DNA from: Ascoidea asiatica JCM 7603
Taxonomy: Eukaryota > Fungi > Ascomycota
Assembly: GCA_001600695.1 (NCBI GenBank)
Contig: BCKQ01000021.1
Coordinates: forward strand, 102,638 to 125,527
DNA length: 22,890 bases
Reading direction: 5' to 3'
Shown here: positions 11,501 through 21,337 of the stretch, one piece after another
How positions within the stretch are numbered: position 1 is the stretch's first letter
Layout of the letters: every line of letters starts with the position of its first letter
Position numbers and translations under genes: made by a program
The notes under the pieces: generated by a model
What the model saw: only the letters and a program-made list of their open reading frames with translations
Database searches by the model: none
What the model was told of the DNA's origin: nothing

Positions 11501-12649
11501 TCAAAACCCTCCTCTTAGTATTTCTGAATTATTTCTTTTTATTGCATCATTAACCGAGCAAACATTTAAATCATTAGTTTCAAAACTATTATTATAATTA
11601 TCTGTTATATCATTAACAACATCTTCAAAATTTTCATAATCATTATTAAATTCATCATCTTCATTTTCTTCACCACTGCTAACAGTAAATTTAGCCAGAC
11701 CACCAATTATTGGTTGAGACATATCAATCGAATCTTTCATTGCTAAATCATCTAATTTTGACATTCTTCTAACGAAAGAAGCATTTTTTTTAATATCTGA
11801 AACATAAGAAGTTGTTCTTTTTGGTTTTGAATCATTTGAATTATGACGAATGAATGAATTTGATCTTGATCTATTTCCAGAAGAAAATGATTTAATTGAA
11901 GAAGGTGAAGAAGGTGAATTTATAGTAGTACTATTATCACTACTCATATTATTATTAACATTATTGATAGCAGTAGAATTATTGGAATTATTTAAAATAC
12001 TTTTATTAGAAAAGCTTGAATTTCCATTGATTTGATTATTTGTAGTTGTATAATTTAAATGAGTTAATGGAGAATTTGAAAATGAACTTCTTGTTGGTTG
12101 AGAAGATACATTTTGTAAAATTTTATTTGGACTTGGAGTTGTAGCTTCCAGAGTAGAAGATATAGTATAATTATTAAATGAAGATGAATTATTATCTCTA
12201 TTATCTCTAGATAAAGTGATTGATTTTCTTTTATTTGAAGAACAATGAGGATTACAATTAAAACCATTTGGAGTTAATGGACTATTTGATTGCATTGGAG
12301 AACAAAAAGAAGATTGTAAAGCCATTGATATTGAAGGTCTTCTTGAAGAATGAGTACTTGAAGATGGAAAATATGGAGATACTGAAGAAATTGGAGATGG
12401 ATTTGAAAAATGATTATCAGAAGGTTCATAAATTGAAGGAAAAGAGAAAAAATCATTTCTATTATTTGAAATATTTGAAATATTTGAATTAAAATTATTT
12501 AAAGAATTATTTGTTGAAGTTGTTGATAATTGATTATTAAAAGATCTTTGAGATGGTTCATTATCATTTGAAACTAAATCAGCATATGAATAAAAAGGTA
12601 GCAGCTGTTTTTTAGATTTTGTTTTAGTACATTTATTAGAATTAGTAGT

Positions 12650-12699
<50 letters not shown>

Positions 12700-13819
12700 C
12701 AATATCAGATTGATTATCAAAATGATGTTCTTTTAAAGTTGCTTTTAAAATTTCAGAAGGATCTTGATTATCATCTTGTTGTTGAAAGAAAGAATTTGAA
12801 TTCATAAAAGAATTTGATCTTGCAAAATATGAAAAAGAATTAGTTCTATGATAAGAAGGAGATTTTTGACATTGATTTTGATTTTGATTTTGACTATAAG
12901 GATTTAAAGAAAAACTAGAACCTCTTTTTAAAGAAGATGGAGATATAGTATTATTATTGTTATTATTGTTATTATTTAATTGAGAATTTAAAGTTGAAAT
13001 TGGAGAAGAAGAATATTTAATATTTGAATTTAATAAAGTTGAAGGTCTTCTATTTGAATTTGAAGAAATTATTTCAATTTGATCTAAATCAGCATTTTGA
13101 TCATTTAAGATAGTTGTAGTTGCATCTAAAACTGGAGGTATAAAATCTTCAGCATTATGTTGATAAGAATTTAAATCTAAAATTGAATGATGATTTGCAA
13201 TAATATTTTTGAATTTAATATTTTGATTTGAAGTTTGAGAAACAGCTTTTGCTAAAAGTGGTAAATCATTATCTTTTTGAACATTTCTTTCAAAAATTAA
13301 AGAAGAATCTAAATTTAAAGATTTTAAAGATCTATTTGATTTTGAAGATTTTATTGAATTTAATGTATATCTTCTTGAATTTGAATTTGAATTTGAATTT
13401 AAATTTGTATTTGAATTAATTTTTTTTTTATTTTTTAAATTTGAATTTGAATGAATACTATTTGTTCTTGAATTATATTTTTGAATAGGTTGTAAAGTTG
13501 ATAAATTATTTGAAAATCTTCTATTTAAAGAGAATGAATTAATTGAATCATTTGATAAATTAGATAAATTTGAAATAGAGCTTTGATTACTCTTTAAACT
13601 TTCTATATCATTCATTTTTAAATTATTTTTATTATTTTTATTATTATTATTATTATTATTATTACTTTTGTTATTATTATTTGAGTTATTATTTTGATTA
13701 TTATTATTATAAGTATGAGTATTATGATTATGATTATTTAGGTGAAAAAACGAGTGTCTTTTTTTATTGACAGCGGATAAAGAATTAGAAATATAAGATT
13801 GATTTAAATAGTTTGTCAT
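11501..13819 (-). CDS. Uncharacterised YMR206W/YNR014W-family protein, Asn/Ser-rich and probably largely disordered, 772 aa
   Basis: Short blocks IFERNVQ, AEDFIPPVLDATTTILND..ADLD.I, RRPST and LPFYSYADL occur in the same order as in recalled S. cerevisiae Ymr206w (FVERNVQ, TEDFIPTAFDSTAELLND..ADIDDV, RRPST, LNFYSYADM). Confidence 0.75.
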
Positions 13820-13898
13820 TTAATTGACTAGATATAATATATGAGATATGAAATATGAAATATTAAATATGAAATAGTAAGGGACTAAAAATTATGTT

Positions 13899-13924
<26 letters not shown>
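13899..13924. repeat. (TA)13 microsatellite, possibly serving as TATA element of the 772-aa gene
   Basis: Read directly; lies 80-105 bp upstream of the ATG at 13819. Confidence 0.85.
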
Positions 13925-13932
<8 letters not shown>

Positions 13933-14053
13933 TTTATATATAGATTTGATAATAATTATATTTATATCAATTTAAAAAGGTATAAATATAAAAATAAAGA
14001 GAAAAATAATAATTTGAATGAAATCAAATATCAACTATCAAAAAACAAATAAG

Positions 14054-14107
14054 AAATATCGAATATTGAATATCGAATATTGAATATCGAATATTGAATA
14101 TTGAATT
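14054..14107. repeat. Tandem 7-mer GAATAT(T/C), about 7 copies, with 14-bp alternation
   Basis: AAATATC GAATATT GAATATC GAATATT GAATATC GAATATT GAATATT GAATT. Confidence 0.9.
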
Positions 14108-14559
14108 GATTAATTGGTAAAAATATTGTATATAATTAATAAATAAAATTTGAAAATTATAAATTAGATATTAAAAATTTTGAAATTGATAAATTTACAA
14201 TAAGTCAAGGGGGATATTAAATTTATTTATAAGATTATGATAAATTTGATAATTAAATTAGACATATTAAGTTAAATAATAAATCAGTGATTTATTTAAT
14301 AATTTATTAGATAATTTAATTATTGTTGATTGTTGATTGTTTATTGAGAAAAGAGATATTTCAAAGTAGCTTTAAATTGAAATGTTAGAAGTTGTAGTAC
14401 TGTAGTGTAAGGTTGTTTTCCTGAATATATTCTTTAGAGTGTTCTTTTTTAGAGTGTGAGCAAACTATGGCATATTAAAATATTAATATTAAAATATTAA
14501 TATGGGATTTTACTATGGGACTAAGATCAGTGAGTGCGATTGGAAATTTCACCACTTTG

Positions 14560-14930
14560 CACCTCTCAGAAACGATAAAGTTCGAGGTTAAGCTTTGGGG
14601 CTAGCCCAAGTGGCAGCCAAGGGGCGGCGGCGTGTAGCAAAAACAGGCGTGCGCGGGCCGCCAGCAGAAATTTGTAGTGACCATCTTGGACAGGCACCGG
14701 AGAGAAGTAACAGAAATGCACAGCAGGCAGCAGATACCCGTCCTGCGCCACACCGTGTGGTGTTCAAGCCAGGTTTGGCGTTGCGCTTTAAGATTGCGCT
14801 TGTAATGTATGCCAGTAGAGAGACGCGTACCCATCTTGACTCTTCCCGCATCGCCGTGTGTCGGGGTGCTCGCTATCTGGGGTGTCCCGATTATTAGCGC
14901 TGCCTTCGATATTCACAATACTTGCAATCG
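14560..14930. promoter_or_regulatory. GC-rich intergenic island, probably the upstream regulatory region of the 772-aa gene (ncRNA not excluded)
   Basis: Abrupt GC enrichment. Contains STRE-like AGGGG (14620-14624), Mig1-type SYGGGG core CTGGGG (14877-14882) and PacC/Rim101-like GCCARG (14616, 14768). No credible ORF. Confidence 0.5.
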
Positions 14931-17034
14931 TTGGAAAATTCAGAGCATGTTCCAGTACTGTAGTGTTGTTAGTGACCCTCAAGTATTAAGAGGATATTAA
15001 TATGATCAGTGACCATGTTGATAGCAATAGATAAAATACGTAAAAGATAAACTGATGTCGACAGTATTATTGAAGAAATGATAATTAAATAATGGGAAGG
15101 TCACATGATGTGACCCAGTCACATTATCTTTTTTTTTATTTTGAATTCTTTCATTTGCTGATTCATTCATTCATTCATTCGTTCGTTTACCTTCATTTAC
15201 ACCTTCATTATCATTTAAGAGATCAACCGAGTTAGTTATTAGTTAATCATAAAAGCATTCCAGATTTTCGAGAACTAATCTTAACTAATCTTACAGATTT
15301 AACTATCATTAATTGATTTTCAAATATTATTATTATTATTAGTTTTTCATTTTATCTTTGACGCCCTATGGAAAATAGATCTTTTTGAATATTTATGACT
15401 TTTTTTTTTTTCAACATCCTCTTTCTTCCATTGTTGTTATCTATCCGGTTCTTAACCTATCTACTATGTATGTATTACAATATTTTTATTACTATCCTTC
15501 ACTTGTTTTATTTTTTTGCGCAAATCAGCTTTTAAAAATGAAAAACTTCCAACATGTTTTGCGCGCTTTAAGTACTTTTCATCAAGTACTTTTGTAGCGT
15601 CACTGACGATACTAATTTTATAAATAATCTTTCACGTTACCATTTTACTATTACGTACGGTATCTCCCTTCACGGGTTTTCACTTTTTTATTCTCCAACA
15701 AGTTTTGTTTTGATAAATTTTTCGATCACGTTTTTGCCGATCAAGTGTTCAATAAATACCTCGCTCTGTACACAAAATAATGAAAAATAAATATCTAAAA
15801 TTATCTCTATACAATTAGGAGATGAACCATAGTTTTTAAGCAGCCTGCATTCTCTACACCACCCACGTATCTTAGGCCGTAGTTTCTTTAGCATTTCTGC
15901 CACAAACGCTAAACTTAATGTTGCTTCACCATCCACATCCAGTTATCTGGGTTGACCAAGATAAATAAATAAATATCAAATAATTTTTTATTTTCTGAGA
16001 AAAATCTTATCATTTAAGTGAATACTTAATTTATTACTTACAACGTTTTTTCATCAAATCAATTTTCATTTTTCACCCCTCTCATAAAACTATATATTAT
16101 TTTTTATATTCTTAACAGTTACTAAAATAGATCATTGAAAGATAAGATATTGTAAAAACCGTTAATGATCCTTTGATTTATTTTATTCTATGTATTCTTC
16201 TAGAAAACTATCAATGCCTTTTCTTTTCAAAATATCATTGAATATATTTCCTTTAACAATAATTTGAATTTCTATAACTGGTTATGTATGTTCCATTTTA
16301 AAAGGGCTTTGGTTTTCACTTCTCTGCCAAGTATAGTAACTCTAACTAACTTTATTGTATCTATGACAACAAACTGATAACCTTGGTTACTTCCATGATT
16401 CCAGAAATCCCATTTCTACATTTCTACATTTTTTCTTCTAACTGCCACATATTTTCTGCGCAATACTGTTCTTTTATATATCCTTTGCGCACTGCACGCT
16501 TTTTTGACTTGAACGCTTTTGCACTCTGGTGCTTTATTTAAGATATTTTTGAATTCATGAACGCTTTTGCGTAACTGCGTTAAAAGAATATAATCACCTT
16601 TTTTTTCTTTTTTTGATATATTTTCAAATATATTAATTACTTTATTCATTCTCAATTTTGTTCTCGTTCTTTCTTTTTTTTTTTTTCTTATTTCTTATTT
16701 CTTATTTCTTAAGTGTATGTGACTTTTAACTCTTAATATTTTACTTTAAAGTATAATATCGGAAAAATTATTCAATTAAAATGACATAAATTTTGAATAT
16801 AATTTAAAATTTAATTTTTTCAATTTATAGTTATTAAATAACCCCCTTTTTAAAATGTCAAATTTTAAAATTATCCCATCAATTTTAAAAATTATTTGAA
16901 TATAAATTTTTAAATAGATTATGGTCATTAATTCATTTGTAATCTTAAATCTTATTATTCTAATGAAATTGTTTATTATTAATTATTTTATTATTATATT
17001 AATACTACTATATTAAAACTATTTTGTATCTGTA

Positions 17035-17066
17035 TATGATTATGATTATGATTATGATTATGATTA
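17035..17066. repeat. (TATGAT)5 microsatellite abutting the CAJ1 stop codon
   Basis: Read directly. The same unit occurs near 5036-5053. Confidence 0.9.
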
Positions 17067-18353
17067 TTTATCTTGTGAAATAATAATTGTAGGTCCATTA
17101 TTTTTATTATTTTTCTTTTTTTTATTAGTTGCATCAAACATTAATTCTTCAAATACTCTTGCTTCTTCAGCTTCTTCTTTACTTCTTTCTGTCATTTTAA
17201 ATTGATTACCAATTAAAATTAAAGCTTTTGCTCTATTAACTCTTATTTTTGTATTAACTTTTTTATCATTTAAAATTTTATCACAAACTTCTCTTAAAAC
17301 ACTTTGAATTTCATATTTACTTGAAACCCAAGCAGTCGCTATAAATTTTCCAGTAATTTCTCTTTCTAATTGAGCTTGTTCATATGGATCTAAATCTCCA
17401 TTACCTTCAAGATTTCCACCATTTTTTTTTGCCATTTCTTCCATTGCAATTTGTGCATCCATGGCTGTAGAAAGTATATTCCAAGCAGATTTAACAACTG
17501 AACCTTTTTCTTTTGCAGTTGTAAAAATTTTACTTAAACCAAAAGATTTATTTGATTTAATAAAATTTGCACCTTTTGTTAAATAAATTTTTCCAATTGT
17601 ATGTAAAATTTCAACTCCAAAACTTTCCATTTTTAAATCTTCAATTTCTTTAATTAAATCTTCATGAAATTTTTTTAAAGAATCTTCAGAAAATTTACTT
17701 TCAACTAAATTATTTATTTTTAAAAGTAATTTTTCACTTAATTCATTAACTCTAATAATTTTTGCTTCTCTTCTTTCTTTTTCTAATTTAATTATTTCTT
17801 CTCTTTGTTCTTTTGTCATTTTTGGTCTTTTATTTGTTGGAATTGTTGAAGTTGAAGTTGAAGTTTCATTTGAAGTTTCATTTAAATTACCACCATCATG
17901 TTTTAATATTGAAGTTTCAGTTACTGAATGTAATGGTTTATTTGGAGAAGATGGACTTTCTTGAGTATTATTTGAAGAAGTTTTATTTTCATCTTCAGTA
18001 CCTAAAATATCACTACTTTTTGAAATTTCTTTTAATAAAGTTAATTCTCCAATCCAATCACGAAATAAATCACCACCAAAAATTGCAGAAAAAAAATCAC
18101 TTGGATCTTCAAAACCAGAATCTGGAATTGCTTGATTTTTACCAAATTCATTATATTTTTTTCTTAATTCAGGATCTTTTAAAACTTGATAAGCTTCACC
18201 AATTTTTTGAAAATTTTTTGCAGCATCTGAATCATCAGGATGTTTATCAGGATGTGTAAGCATTGCTTTTTTCCTATATGCTTTTTTAATTTCAAGATCT
18301 GTTGCATTTGGTGATATACCTAAAAGATCATAATATTCTGTATCTTTAACCAT
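17064..18353 (-). CDS. CAJ1: DnaJ/Hsp40 co-chaperone with J-domain and DnaJ-X domain, 429 aa
   Basis: The J-domain (MVKDTEYYDLLGI...KKAMLTHPDKHPDD) carries HPD and is Caj1-like rather than Djp1-like. Also GFEDPSDFFSAIFGGDLFRDWIGEL and LKMESFGVEILHTIG. Confidence 0.9.
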   Translation of the reverse strand: MVKDTEYYDLLGISPNATDLEIKKAYRKKAMLTHPDKHPDDSDAAKNFQKIGEAYQVLKDPELRKKYNEFGKNQAIPDSGFEDPSDFFSAIFGGDLFRDWIGELTLLKEISKSSDILGTEDENKTSSNNTQESPSSPNKPLHSVTETSILKHDGGNLNETSNETSTSTSTIPTNKRPKMTKEQREEIIKLEKERREAKIIRVNELSEKLLLKINNLVESKFSEDSLKKFHEDLIKEIEDLKMESFGVEILHTIGKIYLTKGANFIKSNKSFGLSKIFTTAKEKGSVVKSAWNILSTAMDAQIAMEEMAKKNGGNLEGNGDLDPYEQAQLEREITGKFIATAWVSSKYEIQSVLREVCDKILNDKKVNTKIRVNRAKALILIGNQFKMTERSKEEAEEARVFEELMFDATNKKKKNNKNNGPTIIISQDK

Positions 18354-18789
18354 TTTTGAGATGTAATTAATAATTAAATTTTATTGAAATTTATGAATAA
18401 ATTTGTTTATAATATCTATTATCTAATATAGGTAATAATAATCTTAACTTTTATAATGAAAAAGTTGAGCAAATAAGAAATAGCAAATTAGAATATAAAA
18501 TGATTATATATTTATATTTATTCGTAAATGAATTAGATATATGTTTATATGAATGTATTTTATGTTATTTGATAATATATTATTTTATGTCAATTGAATT
18601 GAATTGAATTGAATTGAATTGGATTACTTTTATTTAAAAAGACTCAATTCTTCTAAATCTTCTTTTTTAATCAATAAATGATTGTTATTAAATAAAATTA
18701 AAATTAATCTTTAAATCTATGTTTACAATTTTAAAGCTTCAAAGTCAATTTTTTATCCTATTTTTCGTTAAGAAATGTAGTTCCAGGAT

Positions 18790-18796
18790 TTACCCG
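18790..18796 (+). promoter_or_regulatory. Reb1-type site TTACCCG in the CAJ1 promoter
   Basis: Exact consensus match about 440 bp upstream of CAJ1. Confidence 0.4.
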
Positions 18797-19059
18797 TTCG
18801 TGCTGAAAAGTACAAGTTTTTAACTCGTCTCTTTGGATGCTTCTTTATGAATATTGAAACTGAAACTGAAGCTGAAGGTGAAGCTAAAGTAAAAATAAAA
18901 TTGATGATACTTAAAAAAAGGAGAATTGCAGCATTTCAACTCACAGCATGAGAACATTTTAACATTTTAACATTTTAACATTGATTGGAACAGTTCAGAA
19001 TCATGAAGAATGAATTATGAAGAATGAAGCAGACATTATTTGTGATTTGTGATTTGGAA

Positions 19060-19500
19060 ATATTTGGCCCAGGCTGGAGCAGTAAACAAACAAAGGCCCA
19101 AATTCTTACTCTGGAAAGGAATGCGCAGCTCGCACGCCACTCCAAAAGCCCTAGCCACAGCCCCGAAACAGGCAAGAAAATGTCAAGAAACAGGTGAAAA
19201 AAAAGGATCACGTGTTTATTCAGCTCCACAAAACCAAAGAGTTGGAAGCACTTCGGAACGGAGTGACATTCATGCGGATGTCGGATACGCTTTCACTAGC
19301 CTCGACTGCCTCTTACAAACTTAATAAGCCACTTGATAGAGTCCGCATTAGCCGCCTGTGCCGGGTGTTCCAACAAGACAACTCCAGCTTTGAGGGTCTT
19401 CTTTTTTTCTTTCTTTTATGCTCACCCGAGAGCCGGGTCAGGGCCAGCCCCAAACAGAAACAGTACCGCAGCAGTGGTTATTCAAAAGCATATAGACTCC
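19060..19500. promoter_or_regulatory. Second GC-rich island in the divergent CAJ1 / DPBB-gene intergenic region
   Basis: GC enrichment with GTAAACA (19082), GGAATG (19118), TCACGTG (19208), and repeated GAAACAG and GCCNC motifs. Confidence 0.5.
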
Positions 19501-20417
19501 AGGAAAAGAAAAGATCTAGACTTCCAGTTTAGGATTTCACTGTGTAATCCTACAGAAATATCAGTCTTTTCTTATTCCAACATTTATCCCAGCCAATAGA
19601 AACAAGACTACAGATATTTCTTTTACTGTTTGTTATATATATTGCACTTCTTCATTGAGACCGTTGAAAAAGTAGCTGTGATTTAGTAATATAACCATAA
19701 TTTATTTCATACTTCTTCTTACTTATTCAATTTACCATTTTATTTCATTTCTCCAGAGTAATTAAAGTTTGTTTCTGAACCATTAAAAGAAATTACAATA
19801 AAAAAGAAAAAAAAAAAAATTTATAAATCTATCTAAATTATTAATTTATTATCCTTTTTTATAGCATAAATTAAACAACCAGTTAAATGTAAAATTTAAC
19901 TTAATAATTATTACTTAAAACCATATTAAATTATGTGAAACTAAACTTTTATCTTCTCTTCCACGTTTTATTTTCTTTTCTTTTGTAAATAATATTAATA
20001 TATTTCTTTTTAGAATTTACTTTCTTTTTGAAATAGCCAATACAATCCATTCCTTAATTTGGTCTTTTTAACTATCTTTTTTTTTTAATTTGTTTCTAAT
20101 TTTTATGTTATTTTCACCTAAAATTTATGTTTTTCTTATTCTAAATTAATTCTCTCATTCATAATTTATATCTTTTCAGGTATTTTCTTAAAAAATTTGA
20201 ATTACATACATTTGAAAACACTTAAATATAACTGCTTTCTTCCTTTCTTTCTTTCATTTATTTTCTATTTTCCAAATTTTTGTAAATTTTTAATTCATTC
20301 ACTTTTAGTTAAATATTAACTTACTTTCATTAAATAACAACATTCTTTTTAAATTAATTAGATACTTTCACACTCTTTAATAAATTATCTAATTTAAAAA
20401 TCTCTCCTTCACTTTTT

Positions 20418-20454
<37 letters not shown>

Positions 20455-20473
20455 GTAATAACAAATAATAAAA

Positions 20474-21337
20474 ATGATTCCAACTGTTTATCTTCAAATC
20501 TTAGCTATTATGGTAACTCCAGGTTTTTCATTACCTTTAAAATCTTTTGATAAAATTGAAAGTGCTGTTAATGGTTTTCTTGGTAATAATCATCAATCTT
20601 CTGAAACTAATTATCAATCTGATTATCAATCAACTTATGAACCTGATTGTTCAACTGATGAAAATGATTATGAAACTTTAACTGTTTCTTCAAATGAAAC
20701 TGATCCAACTTTTTATGGAACTGCTTTTGCTTCAGGTTCTCAATCTGATATTACAATTTATTCAACAACTACCATTAAAGTAACAAAAAATAAAAATTCT
20801 CAAATTACTGGTTCAAATTCAACATCTTCTTTAACACCTTCAACTATAGCTTCAACAAGTTTAATTGTTTCCACTTCAGAATCTGAGAGTTATTCATCTT
20901 CAGCTTCTTCAACTCCTGTTTTTGAATCTGAAGTTCAATCAGAATCTTCCTCTAAAGCTGCTTCAACTTCTTCTTCATCTAGCACTTCAGCTTCTTCAAC
21001 TTCTTCAACTTCAACTTCATCAAGTGGAACATATACCGGAAGAGCAACATATTATGAGGTTTCTGATGATGCTTGTGGTACAACATCTTCTGATTCAGAT
21101 ATGGTTTGTGCAATTGGTATAAATTTATATCAATCAAATGATTTAACAAGTGAATATTCTTCTGGTTATTGTGGAAAAACTTTAACTGCAACTTATCAAG
21201 GTAAATCAGTTACTGTTAAAGTTGTTGATTCTTGTGCTTCTTGTACTGATAATGATATTGATTTAAGTCCTAGTGCTTTTGCAAAACTTGCTGATCTTGA
21301 TGTTGGTGAAATGCAAGTTCAATGGAGTTTTGATTAA
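20474..21337 (+). CDS. Secreted expansin/RlpA-like double-psi beta-barrel protein (Asp f 7/loosenin-like), 287 aa
   Basis: Signal-like N-terminus, long Ser/Thr linker, and C-terminal DPBB domain (GRATYY...ACG...CGKTLTATYQGKSVTVKVVDSCASC...DIDLSPSAFAKLADLDVG..QVQWSF). Confidence 0.92.
   Translation: MIPTVYLQILAIMVTPGFSLPLKSFDKIESAVNGFLGNNHQSSETNYQSDYQSTYEPDCSTDENDYETLTVSSNETDPTFYGTAFASGSQSDITIYSTTTIKVTKNKNSQITGSNSTSSLTPSTIASTSLIVSTSESESYSSSASSTPVFESEVQSESSSKAASTSSSSSTSASSTSSTSTSSSGTYTGRATYYEVSDDACGTTSSDSDMVCAIGINLYQSNDLTSEYSSGYCGKTLTATYQGKSVTVKVVDSCASCTDNDIDLSPSAFAKLADLDVGEMQVQWSFD

Noticed and set aside
14521-14529. CTAAGATCA (and GATCAAGTGT near 15739) resembling the U2 snRNA 5' region
   Set aside because: The matches are short and lack the GTAGTA branch-pairing sequence in context.
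14755-14775. GTTCAAGCC as a tRNA T-loop
   Set aside because: The flanks do not form a T-stem and no cloverleaf can be drawn.
14566-15000. Six overlapping short ORFs in the first GC island
   Set aside because: Mostly non-ATG starts, codon usage unlike host genes and no recognisable domain; explained by stop-codon scarcity in GC-rich DNA.
15688-15936. 82-aa minus-strand ORF with CxxC (possible transposase or zinc-finger relic)
   Set aside because: GTG start, no recognisable domain and no terminal repeats.
18975-19599. Four short ORFs over the second GC island
   Set aside because: Non-ATG starts, mutually overlapping, with no homology that I recognise.
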